Shown here: positions 26,041-35,103 of the stretch, piece by piece
Position numbering within the stretch: the stretch's first letter is position 1
How the letters are laid out: every line of letters starts with the position of its first letter
Source: Turneriellaceae bacterium
GTDB taxonomy: Bacteria > Spirochaetota > Leptospiria > Turneriellales > JAOUFE01
Reading direction: 5' to 3'
Length of the DNA stretch: 64,000 nucleotides
NCBI GenBank assembly: GCA_050304475.1
Contig: JBNLDQ010000003.1
Location: 143,833-207,832 of the forward strand
The notes under the pieces: generated by a model
The model's input: the letters and a program-made list of their open reading frames with translations, nothing else
Databases searched by the model: none
What the model was told of the DNA's origin: nothing
Position numbers and translations under genes: made by a program

Positions 26041-29000
26041 TTAGTTTTTTTGCAACGCTTGTTCGCCAACCCACTTGGCAAGCATCTTTAAAATTTGTTC
26101 TTTTTTGTAGGGCTTGGCAATAAAATCGTTCATGCCGGCCTCTTTCGTGCGTTCGATATCTTCTTTAAACGCGTTGGCCGTAACGGCAATAATCGGAACT
26201 TTACCGGTGATTTCGCTCCGGATAGTTTCGGCCGCTTGAAAACCGTTCATTTCAGGCATCTGTAAATCCATAAATACGATATCATATTTTTCCGGGTCGC
26301 TCTGCAACGCCTGTACCGCCTCTTTCCCGTCGTTGGCCAACGTGACCGAATAACCCTCTTTTTCCAGCATTGTCTTTAACAAAAGCTGGTTAATGTCATT
26401 GTCTTCGGCAACAAGAACCTGAACCGAAGAGAAAGACCCTGTTATCGTCTGCGCCGGTTTTGCAACGCTCGCGTTATTTTCGCTTTTTTTAGCGGCCAAC
26501 GGTTCAAAATCCTGAGAATCGAAATCGTCGCAAAAAGCGCAAGTCATCGCGCGTTCCAGTTTTATCCGGGTTAATGGCCGGGCAATGTACTCATGAATGG
26601 ACGATTCAAACAAAACAAACGTGCCGTCGATTGCCTGGCTGTCGTTGATCATCACCAGTTTCACCGGGTCGCCTTTGTGGGCTCTTTGCCTGGTATACGA
26701 AACGAGTTGCTGCATCTCCGTTTGCTCCGGCTTGCTGCCGCAAAGAATTAAATCGGTCTCGCATTTGCCGGGTTCTTGAGCGGCGACAAATTCCCGGTAC
26801 GCGCTAAAAAACCGCGTCTCGATTTTTTCTTTCTTCGCATATTCCCGAACCACTTGTTGTTCGGTTTCGTCGTTACCGACATAGGCAATTCTGATGTCCG
26901 ATTCCTTGATTGTCCGCTGCGTCTGATGGAACTGATCAAGGTTCACCTCAAGAGGTAAGGTAAACCAAAACTCCGAACCCGGCCCGCCCAGCTCGGGATT
27001 ATCGTTCACCGGACTTCGCAGTCCAATATGACCGCCCATATATTCAACCAATTGCCGGCTAATGGTTGTGCCTAACCCGGTACCCCCGTATTTACGGGTC
27101 GTTGAACTGTCTTCCTGGGTAAAACTCTCAAAAATTAAATTTTGCTTTTCCGGGCTGACCCCGATTCCGGTATCGCGGACCAGGAATTTCACGACCATTT
27201 TCCGGCGCCCTTGCTCCGCTTTTTGCTCTGACGATATCGAGTGAATCGAGATGATTACTTCCAGCTTACCCCGGTCGGTAAACTTAATGGAGTTGCCCAC
27301 CAGATTGATCAAGATTTGCTTGATCCGCTGGGGGTCCCCAATCATTTCATTTGGCAGGTCGGAAGAGAACTCAAGCGTCATTTTCAAACCCTTTTCCAGC
27401 CCTTGGTAAAAGAAAAGTTGCATGACCGAACGAACCGTACTTCTCATCATAAAAGGTTGACGATTGATCTCTAACTTGCCGGCCTCAATTTTGGAAAAAT
27501 CGAGAATTTCATTAATCAAATAAAGCAGGTTTTCGCCGGAAGATTTAATAAGGTGAACATACTCGTTTTGCAGGGGATCCAGCTTTGTTTCCAGGGTGAG
27601 ATCGGCCATCCCCAACACCGCATTTAACGGAGTGCGGATTTCATGACTCATGTTTGCTAAAAAAGTGCCTTTGGCGCGGTTCGCTTCTTCGGCATCTTCT
27701 TTTGCTCTTTTCAGTTCCCCTTCGGTTTTTTTCTGATCCGTAATATCCGTGCGAATTGAGATATATTGAACCGGTTTTCCGAATTCATTCATGAGGGGGA
27801 CAATGGTAGAGGCGACATAGTAGTAGTTTCCGTCTTTTGCCTGGTTCCGGATTTCCCCCTGCCAGACATTCCCGCTTGAAATGGTATCCCACAACTCTTT
27901 AAAAAATTCTCTTGAGTGCAAACCCGAGTTTAAAATGCGGTGGTTTTGACCCAGCAACTCTTCGCGCGTGTATCCCGAAACTTCGACAAACTTATCGTTG
28001 ACATACGTAATGTCGCCCGCCGGATCCGTTAGCGCTACAATCGCATGCTTGTCGAGAGCGTAACGCATGTCCTCCAAATCTTTTAAGGCGACTTTTAATT
28101 TCCGCTCGGCTTTTTTCCGGGCGGTGATATCAATGATTGTCTCGATGATCTGGGTAATTTCTCCCTCTTCATCCAGAAAGGGGTAGGTGTAAATTTCGAC
28201 AATTTTTAAATTACCGTTGCCGTCGATATATTCCTGTTCCATCGATTGGGGCTGTTTGGTAATCTTCGCCTTTTCCAGGGCCCGGTCATAGTCCGCCGAC
28301 CAGTTTTCCGAATTAAAACCGTACTTGGGGAAACTTCTGTCCCGCGTCTCTTTGCGGGCCAGTTTGTTGGCAGCCTTGATGGTCGTTCCGTCCGTATCGA
28401 CAATGTATAAACTGTGCGGGTAGGCATCGAGAATTTTCTGCAGGTAGTTTTTTTGTTTTTTCAGTTCTTCATGGATCAACACCCTGGAAGTCATGTCGCG
28501 GATAAAACAAATTTCCAGATCATTCCCCGCCTCTTTATAATGCTTGCTGATGATCTCCAGCGGAATTCTTGTATCCCCTTTGCCAACCCCCATCAACTCC
28601 ATGTAAAAGTTCTTTTGTTCTTTCATCATGCGGAGAAAATCTTCGCGGTCGGCGGGATCAATGATGGAGGTCAGGTTTTTCCCGATAATATCGGAAGCTT
28701 CATAATCCAGAAATTTAGTGAAGGTTTCGTTAATCTCCCAAATCTTGCCATCCATATGAACGGCAATGGCGTAAAACTCGTTATCGAAAAGATTGTCAAT
28801 GCGCGCTTGTTTGGCGTCAAGCAAGCTGATTTGAACTTTGATTTTTTCCAGGTCGATCTTTTTCAGTTTCGTGTAGGCGTAGGTTAAGAAATATACCGCC
28901 GCCAGCATCAGAAAGACAGGCGACACATGGTAGTACGTTAAATGCGGAACCACAAGGGGCAAGGCAAGGATCGCCGCCTGGTGCAAACACAAAACAACGA

Positions 29001-29295
29001 AAGAAAGGAACATTGGCAACAACAAGTTGCTTAAAAAGTAGGTCATCCCCTGGGCATAGAGCAAATTGGTAATGATATCAATGGAAAACTGGTATTTCCA
29101 GATAAAGAAATAGGGCAAAATTGAAAGGCTTATCGTAACCAGAAGAATGGCAAAAATGGTTTTCCGGTTTTTCTGGCTGGCGCTGTAATGAATCAACAGG
29201 TCCAACGGTTGCCAGAGAAACCGTTCCATCAAGCTTCGTTTGTGAACCTTGCGCAACATGGAATATTTATCCCCTTTTAAACCCACACGGCCCAT
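26041..29295 (-). CDS. Membrane-bound PAS-domain hybrid sensor histidine kinase / response regulator
   Basis: N-terminal multi-TM region and several PAS-like modules. HisKA H-box FLANMSHEIRTPLNAVLGMADL. HATPase (VRDTGIGVSPEKQNLIFESFTQ...GGTGLGTTISRQLVE). C-terminal receiver VLVAEDNDINQLLL...YDIVFMDLQMPEMNGF...PIIAVTANA. Confidence 0.9.
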   Translation of the reverse strand: MGRVGLKGDKYSMLRKVHKRSLMERFLWQPLDLLIHYSASQKNRKTIFAILLVTISLSILPYFFIWKYQFSIDIITNLLYAQGMTYFLSNLLLPMFLSFVVLCLHQAAILALPLVVPHLTYYHVSPVFLMLAAVYFLTYAYTKLKKIDLEKIKVQISLLDAKQARIDNLFDNEFYAIAVHMDGKIWEINETFTKFLDYEASDIIGKNLTSIIDPADREDFLRMMKEQKNFYMELMGVGKGDTRIPLEIISKHYKEAGNDLEICFIRDMTSRVLIHEELKKQKNYLQKILDAYPHSLYIVDTDGTTIKAANKLARKETRDRSFPKYGFNSENWSADYDRALEKAKITKQPQSMEQEYIDGNGNLKIVEIYTYPFLDEEGEITQIIETIIDITARKKAERKLKVALKDLEDMRYALDKHAIVALTDPAGDITYVNDKFVEVSGYTREELLGQNHRILNSGLHSREFFKELWDTISSGNVWQGEIRNQAKDGNYYYVASTIVPLMNEFGKPVQYISIRTDITDQKKTEGELKRAKEDAEEANRAKGTFLANMSHEIRTPLNAVLGMADLTLETKLDPLQNEYVHLIKSSGENLLYLINEILDFSKIEAGKLEINRQPFMMRSTVRSVMQLFFYQGLEKGLKMTLEFSSDLPNEMIGDPQRIKQILINLVGNSIKFTDRGKLEVIISIHSISSEQKAEQGRRKMVVKFLVRDTGIGVSPEKQNLIFESFTQEDSSTTRKYGGTGLGTTISRQLVEYMGGHIGLRSPVNDNPELGGPGSEFWFTLPLEVNLDQFHQTQRTIKESDIRIAYVGNDETEQQVVREYAKKEKIETRFFSAYREFVAAQEPGKCETDLILCGSKPEQTEMQQLVSYTRQRAHKGDPVKLVMINDSQAIDGTFVLFESSIHEYIARPLTRIKLERAMTCAFCDDFDSQDFEPLAAKKSENNASVAKPAQTITGSFSSVQVLVAEDNDINQLLLKTMLEKEGYSVTLANDGKEAVQALQSDPEKYDIVFMDLQMPEMNGFQAAETIRSEITGKVPIIAVTANAFKEDIERTKEAGMNDFIAKPYKKEQILKMLAKWVGEQALQKN

Positions 29296-29477
29296 TTCAA
29301 ATTAGACGGATTGCCAATGCATTTCACTAACGCCTGGTTTCCGTCTTCGTTATTCGTTGCCGGGATTTTGTTGATAGCCTTAAAAAGGCATTTACTTTGT
29401 CCAATAATAAAAAGCAAACTGCCGGCAACATAACTCCTGTTTTCTTGACAAGCCGCCCGGCCTTTCGAGCATGAGCG

Positions 29478-30089
29478 ATGCCGCAACCGCTTCCTCTTCT
29501 TTTGGCTTCCGCCTCGCCGCGGCGGGCCGAGCTGCTCTCTCTTTTAAACATACCTTTTGACACGATATCGTCGGGGGTCAGCGAAGTTTTCCAAAACGGA
29601 ACGTTAGAAGAGAACCTCTGCCGGATCGCCCGCGAAAAAGCCGAGGGGGCGGTAAAACAGGCGTCTGATCTCTCGCAGTATGGCGGGGTTCTGGCCGCAG
29701 ATACCATTGTTTCTATTGGCGGCGAAGTGTTGGGCAAACCCGCGAACGAAACCGAAGCCGCGAAGATGCTAGAAGCCCTTTCCGGCAAACGCCATCAAGT
29801 GCTCACGGGTATCGCTTTATTGCAGCACGGTACAAACAGTATTTGCTTGGAAGCGGCAGAAACAACGCATGTTTTTTTCAAACCGCTGGGCCAAACGGAA
29901 ATCGATTCGTATGTTCAAACCGGAGAACCCATGGACAAAGCGGGAGCGTATGCAATACAGGGGTTTGCCTCGGTTTTTATTGAAAAAATCGAAGGGGACT
30001 ACTTCAATGTTGTCGGTCTGCCGCTATTTCGTCTTTCTCAATTGTTAAGGCGGATCAATTACCCCTGCCCTGTCTGGAAATCCAAATAA
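29478..30089 (+). CDS. maf: Maf-family nucleoside triphosphate pyrophosphatase
   Basis: LLLASASPRRAELLSLLNIPF and KAGAYAIQG are Maf signatures. Confidence 0.9.
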   Translation: MPQPLPLLLASASPRRAELLSLLNIPFDTISSGVSEVFQNGTLEENLCRIAREKAEGAVKQASDLSQYGGVLAADTIVSIGGEVLGKPANETEAAKMLEALSGKRHQVLTGIALLQHGTNSICLEAAETTHVFFKPLGQTEIDSYVQTGEPMDKAGAYAIQGFASVFIEKIEGDYFNVVGLPLFRLSQLLRRINYPCPVWKSK

Positions 30090-30269
30090 AATTACCGGAT
30101 AAAACGGCAAACAGTCCGATAAGAAAATAAATGACGGTGTTTATTGATTTACAAAATGGTTCACGGATTCAATTTTGGAAGATCAAAAAAGGTTCCCCAT
30201 TCATGGGCACGCAAAAACCGGTTGCCTGTTACGTAACGGAATCGTCAAAAAAAGAATCGGGATACAATC

Positions 30270-31637
30270 GTGGATGAAGTAGTTACTATTATTCTTATTG
30301 TAGGAATTCTCGGCATTGCCGGAATTTTTGTCTTTTATATTTTAAAAACCTATGTGATGCCAAAAAAGCTCGATGAGCTGGCGGCTATGATTGAAATGGG
30401 CCAGGCAGTGATCGCCCTGAAGCGCCTGCAAGCCATTGTCGAAGAAGACGACCACAACCCGTACGCTCACTTTCTTTTGGCCGAAGCGTATGCGAAAACG
30501 GGCCATATCCAGGAAGCGATCATGGAGTACAAACAAGCGATGAAGTACGCCATGAACGACCCCCGCACCAAAGAAGAGTTGATCCGAAGCCGTTTGGCCG
30601 CTCTCTACCTGACAACGCGCAACTATAATGAAGCGAAAAAAGAGTATTTGATTCTCACCAAACTGGCACCCAACGACCCGGAAAACTTTTACCAGGTCGG
30701 GCGGCTTTTTGAGAACGCCGGCCTGAGCGAAAAGGCTCTGCCTTACTTTTTACAAGCGGTGAAAATTAACCCCAGCCATGAAGACGCTCAGTTCCATGTC
30801 GGGGTCATTAACTATAATCATAAAAACATTCGCGATGCGAAATCGGCTCTATCCGAAGCGGTGAAAATCAACCCCAAGCATTTTGGCGCTCATTACTACC
30901 TTGGCCAGTGCCTTCGCAATCAAAAAGACCTGGATTGGTCTATCCGTGAATTTGACGCGGCGGCGCGCGACGATGGGTGGAAAGCCCGCGCCCTGCTTGG
31001 CAAGGCTCTTTGTCTTTTTGAAAAGCAAGCGTACCGCAAAGCCATCGAAGAGCTTGAAATGGCGGAAGAGTATTCGGAAAACTCCATCGAGTTGCGTTTA
31101 AACATTCAATACCAGATTGCTGCCTGCGCCGAAAAAATCCGCGATTTTAACACAGCCATCGCCAAATGGGAAAAAATCATGGAAGTAAACCCCCGCTTCC
31201 GGGATGTCGCCGAAAAACTTCAAAATTATGAAGAGTACCGCACCCATGACTCGATCAAGGATTTCATGATCGCATCGCCGGCCAAGTTTGAACGAATTTG
31301 CCGGGATATTGTGGAACGCGAAGGGTATCATATCACCGAACTCAATGTGGTTTCCGATTCCGAGGTAAACATAACAGCGACGGATACGACCGAATCGACG
31401 ACTTGGCGGAGCGCCAAAAAACCCACAACCATTTTTGTTATTTATCGTTCTACGGAACCCGTTCCCGAAAAGGAATTAAGATTGCTGCATGAGAAAATGA
31501 GGCAAACTTCCATCACCCGCGCCACATGCCTGACAACCAGCGAATATACAACGCAAGCCGAATTGTTTGCCCAGTCTCGACCGATCGAACTTTACGGTAA
31601 AAAAGAGTTTATTGGCAAACTGCGGGGCTTGATTTAA
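30270..31637 (+). CDS. Membrane-anchored TPR-repeat protein with a C-terminal Mrr_cat-like (restriction-endonuclease-fold) domain
   Basis: GTG start. N-terminal TM VVTIILIVGILGIAGIFVFYIL. Repeated TPR units (AHFLLAEAYAKTGHIQEAIMEYKQAMK, NFYQVGRLFENAGLSEKALPYFLQAVKINP, AHYYLGQCLRNQKD...). The C-terminal ~110 aa, FERICRDIVEREGYHITELNVVSDSEVNITATD...IFVIYRS...ATCLTTSEYTTQAELFAQSRPIELYGKKEF, follows the Mrr_cat layout by eye. Confidence 0.75.
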   Translation: MDEVVTIILIVGILGIAGIFVFYILKTYVMPKKLDELAAMIEMGQAVIALKRLQAIVEEDDHNPYAHFLLAEAYAKTGHIQEAIMEYKQAMKYAMNDPRTKEELIRSRLAALYLTTRNYNEAKKEYLILTKLAPNDPENFYQVGRLFENAGLSEKALPYFLQAVKINPSHEDAQFHVGVINYNHKNIRDAKSALSEAVKINPKHFGAHYYLGQCLRNQKDLDWSIREFDAAARDDGWKARALLGKALCLFEKQAYRKAIEELEMAEEYSENSIELRLNIQYQIAACAEKIRDFNTAIAKWEKIMEVNPRFRDVAEKLQNYEEYRTHDSIKDFMIASPAKFERICRDIVEREGYHITELNVVSDSEVNITATDTTESTTWRSAKKPTTIFVIYRSTEPVPEKELRLLHEKMRQTSITRATCLTTSEYTTQAELFAQSRPIELYGKKEFIGKLRGLI

Positions 31638-33322
31638 TGGATTTAATTTTTTCGCCCTCGATGCTGGGGCTCTCTCTCGACGAAAAAAAGAAACTGAACG
31701 AGCTTGAGTGGAAGCTGGGCGAACTAAACGATTTAGCCGGCGAAGATTACACTTTCTTTTTACAACGGGGGCAAATCGAACATTCCGGCAGATTCATTCA
31801 CCCCGGCGAGCAAGCGCTCGGGATCAAACCCTTTGTGCAAAACCGGCGTGAAAATTACAAAACCGTCGAAGGGCATGATCACTTGATCGCCTATCTCCCC
31901 ACCAAAGAGTTTGCCGCTTTTTTGCTGGAAAACATGAAAGCCCTGCAATCTTATCTTATGTATGAACGCAATTTCGGTGCCGAACCGCTGCCGTTATGGC
32001 GAAAGTTTCCCCGCACCATCGGTTTTTCATCCAGCCCCGCAACCTGGCAAACGATCCACCTGGCTCTCTCAACGGCATATGAGCTGACGCAAAAACAACA
32101 TAAAAAATGCATCTTTGTGGAACTGCAACCCGACGGGATGAGCGTCTATTCCATGATCCAGCGTGACCCTTCGGTCTCGGTTTTGCACACCGAAGACGGC
32201 GTCACCGACATACGCTCCCTTCTCGGGCAACGAATGGTAAAATACCACCAAATCGATATTTTAAATATCAACCATCTGTCAAATTGGGAACTCGAACCCG
32301 AACAGTGGACCAAAATTTACTGGGAACTGGCCAAACGATACGACTATATTTTTCTGCACTTTGGCGTATATCGCAACGACCGTTTGATGGAACAATGCGA
32401 CGGTATTTATCAAATCCGCAAAAGCAATTCGGGAGACCGGGATAAATTAAAACCGCAATCAGAGACAACCTTGTGGCCTCCGGTGCATGAGATCTTTACC
32501 GATGCCGAACCCACGCCCTCGGACCGCGAATTAAAATACAAACTCTATTTTCGGGGTTCCACGGACATTGCAGATATCCCTTTGCCCGAAAATCTGGACG
32601 ATTCGTATTGGGGGTGGCTGCGCGGTAAAATTTTAAAAAATATGGTTTGCCGAAAAGCCTCGATCTTCGGAGATTCCGTGGGGCATGAGCCCGACCCCGA
32701 CCGGCTATGGAAAGGCGCGCCAAACCCGTACGAAAGCTATACCAAATTTCTCGAAGAGAATGTCGTCATCGCCGAAGGGTGCAGCGGCCTTTGGGTTTCG
32801 TTCCAGCACCTTTTGATGAAAACCGGCGAAACCGGGATGGATTACCAGGTGCCCGTCATTGTCCGAAAAATTATCACGCAAATGAAACCGGTGTATCCGA
32901 AAGCGGGGTTTTTCGCCTTAAAGTCTTTTTATTCCACCATGCCCTCTTTGTTTGAAGAGATTGAACAATTGTATACCGAGGTCTACCTGCCTGTCTATTC
33001 GCCTTCCAGAGAAAATCTTTGCTTTTTAAGCGAAGGCGAACTTTTGGAAAATCTTTCGTATTCGGCATGGCCGGCCGGGTTTATTGACCGCGAAGGGAAT
33101 GCAAACTATTCGGCAAGCGAAACCGCATACTGGAAAAACATGATGGCGATTTGTTTCCGGTACGGTTTTGACCAGCTGGATTTTTATGAGTTCCAACGGC
33201 CAAAAAATTTGTTCCAGCATATGCCGGCGTTGCGTTTGATTTTTGAACGGGCCAACCGGCAATCAACCGCTGAAGTTTCGGGCCGGTTTATCAACCACTA
33301 CATGCTCGATTTTACGGAGTAA
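31637..33322 (+). CDS. Hypothetical protein (561 aa), translationally coupled to the TPR/Mrr-like gene
   Basis: TAATG stop/start overlap. The central segment resembles a ParA/MinD fold without a P-loop (RTIGFSSSPATWQTIHLALSTAYELTQKQHKKCIFVELQPDG ... YDYIFLHFG). A GDSVG (G-x-S-x-G) motif lies further downstream. Confidence 0.8.
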   Translation: MDLIFSPSMLGLSLDEKKKLNELEWKLGELNDLAGEDYTFFLQRGQIEHSGRFIHPGEQALGIKPFVQNRRENYKTVEGHDHLIAYLPTKEFAAFLLENMKALQSYLMYERNFGAEPLPLWRKFPRTIGFSSSPATWQTIHLALSTAYELTQKQHKKCIFVELQPDGMSVYSMIQRDPSVSVLHTEDGVTDIRSLLGQRMVKYHQIDILNINHLSNWELEPEQWTKIYWELAKRYDYIFLHFGVYRNDRLMEQCDGIYQIRKSNSGDRDKLKPQSETTLWPPVHEIFTDAEPTPSDRELKYKLYFRGSTDIADIPLPENLDDSYWGWLRGKILKNMVCRKASIFGDSVGHEPDPDRLWKGAPNPYESYTKFLEENVVIAEGCSGLWVSFQHLLMKTGETGMDYQVPVIVRKIITQMKPVYPKAGFFALKSFYSTMPSLFEEIEQLYTEVYLPVYSPSRENLCFLSEGELLENLSYSAWPAGFIDREGNANYSASETAYWKNMMAICFRYGFDQLDFYEFQRPKNLFQHMPALRLIFERANRQSTAEVSGRFINHYMLDFTE

Positions 33323-33324
33323 TT

Positions 33325-33912
33325 ATGAAACATTTTTTAATGGCGCGAGCGGCGCATCTGGTTTTTCCTTTTTTATTTGCATCGCTTGGGGTATCGCTCG
33401 GGTTTTCTTTATTTCAATGCGCAAGCGCCTCTTACCAAACCGGCTCAGCTTACGATTTTCAACTGCAGTATACGATTCAATCAAACGATTATCAACTCGG
33501 CGAAGACGAGTTTTTAGCGGCGGCAAAGCAGGTTGAAAAGTTTATCGACGCCGTTCGTAAAAAAGAGATCGCGGCATTTAATGATTTTATCCCCGCCGGC
33601 GAAACGGTGTATGTCGACATTAAATCGCCCATGCCTGGGGCGGAATTTATCAAACGGCTGAAACGCAAGGGCGATTTTTTCTATGGCCTCTATTGGGACA
33701 GTTACCAGTTGAGAGTCGATACCGGCAACAATAAGATGACAAGCTTCCATGACCTTTTTCAAGCCAACCGTTTCAAGCTTGACTTGTTTGCCGTTGGGCA
33801 GGATCAAATAGAAGCCCGGCTTGATTTTTCAGGGCGGCCCCCGAGCGGGCTGATGGGGAACCTCATTTTGGAAAAGAACGGCGGCAAATGGATGATCCGG
33901 CAACTCCCGTAA
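33325..33912 (+). CDS. Hypothetical secreted protein or possible lipoprotein
   Basis: Starts 2 nt after the upstream stop. Hydrophobic N-terminus ...LVFPFLFASLGVSLGFSLFQCASAS. No catalytic motif recognised. Confidence 0.7.
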   Translation: MKHFLMARAAHLVFPFLFASLGVSLGFSLFQCASASYQTGSAYDFQLQYTIQSNDYQLGEDEFLAAAKQVEKFIDAVRKKEIAAFNDFIPAGETVYVDIKSPMPGAEFIKRLKRKGDFFYGLYWDSYQLRVDTGNNKMTSFHDLFQANRFKLDLFAVGQDQIEARLDFSGRPPSGLMGNLILEKNGGKWMIRQLP

Positions 33913-33918
33913 CGGATT

Positions 33919-35103
33919 TTACGTTGTGTAATAAGCGTTAATACGCACATACTCTTCGGTCAAATCGCAGCCGTAAAAACGTCCGGTCGCATCGCCCATT
34001 TCCAGATCAACCGTTAAATGAAGCGTTTCGTTTTCTTTCAGGTAGTTTTCCAGAATATCAATCGGGCCGTTCGCCGGAATCTCCCGGTTTTCACCCCAGT
34101 GGATTTTCAATTCTTCCCGGTCTGCCGGCACATCGCCCAGCCCCGGCGTTTTGCCGACCGCCATCACAATACGCCCCCAGTTCGGATCGCCTTGGTAAAT
34201 CATCGTTTTCACTAACGGCGAATTGATAATGGATTTACCCACGCCCCTGGCCTGGCGTGCGTCTCTGGCGCCCGCAATATCGACAATAAAAAGCTTGGTA
34301 GCCCCTTCTCCGTCGCGAGCCAGCATTTTTGTCAGCTCTATCGAGAGGTTTTTCAAAGCTTCCAGAAATTCGCTTTCGTCAACCGGGCCGGCCAGGCCGT
34401 TCGCCAGAATTGCCAGCGTATCGGATGTTGACGTATCGGAATCTACGGACAAATTATTAAAAGAGACGTTAGCCGCTTCTTTCAGGGCGCTTTTTAAAAA
34501 AGCCGGCGAGAGTTGAGCGTCGGTAAAAAAATAAGAGAGCATGGTCGCCATATTCGGCTCAATCATCCCCGAGCCTTTGGCCACCCCCACCAATTTAGCG
34601 GACCCGATTTGAGCGCTCACAAACTTGGGGAAAGTATCAGTTGTCATGATGGCTTGCGCAAATTCTTCAAACGAAGCGGGCTTTAGTTTTTGCGGCAGCT
34701 GGTGGAGAGCCTCGATAATCTTGCCGGCGGGTAAGGGACGGCCAATGACGCCGGTCGAAGAAGGCAAAACCAGGCCGGTTTCAATTTCCATTTCTTGCGC
34801 CACTTTTTGGCAAACCTGCATGGCGCTTTCGTAACCGTCTTTCCCGGTTGCGACATTGGCGTTTTTTGAGTTTACGACAATAGCTTGCAAGCGGCCGTCT
34901 TGAATATGGTTCCGGCCGATTTTTACCGGTTCGCCGACAAAAACATTTTGCGTAAATAACGCGGCTGCCGTAGCTTCCGTTTCTGAAAAGACGACCCCCA
35001 AATCAAGCGAGTCGTCTTTAATGCCGCAATTGCTGACAAAGGTTTGAAAACCTTTGGGAATATGTTGCAAAGAGTCAGGTCTCTTATTTTGCCCTTTCTG
35101 CAT
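33919..35103 (-). CDS. argJ: Bifunctional ornithine acetyltransferase / N-acetylglutamate synthase
   Basis: Autoprocessing/active-site region GMIEPNMATMLSYFFTDA, TTDTFPK, and the C-terminal ...YVRINAYYTT typical of ArgJ. Confidence 0.95.
   Translation of the reverse strand: MQKGQNKRPDSLQHIPKGFQTFVSNCGIKDDSLDLGVVFSETEATAAALFTQNVFVGEPVKIGRNHIQDGRLQAIVVNSKNANVATGKDGYESAMQVCQKVAQEMEIETGLVLPSSTGVIGRPLPAGKIIEALHQLPQKLKPASFEEFAQAIMTTDTFPKFVSAQIGSAKLVGVAKGSGMIEPNMATMLSYFFTDAQLSPAFLKSALKEAANVSFNNLSVDSDTSTSDTLAILANGLAGPVDESEFLEALKNLSIELTKMLARDGEGATKLFIVDIAGARDARQARGVGKSIINSPLVKTMIYQGDPNWGRIVMAVGKTPGLGDVPADREELKIHWGENREIPANGPIDILENYLKENETLHLTVDLEMGDATGRFYGCDLTEEYVRINAYYTT

Noticed and set aside
30228-30237. 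10-bp perfect palindrome GTTACGTAAC, 33 nt upstream of the TPR/Mrr-like gene.
   Set aside because: It is short enough to occur by chance and I noticed no second copy. Noted only as a possible operator.
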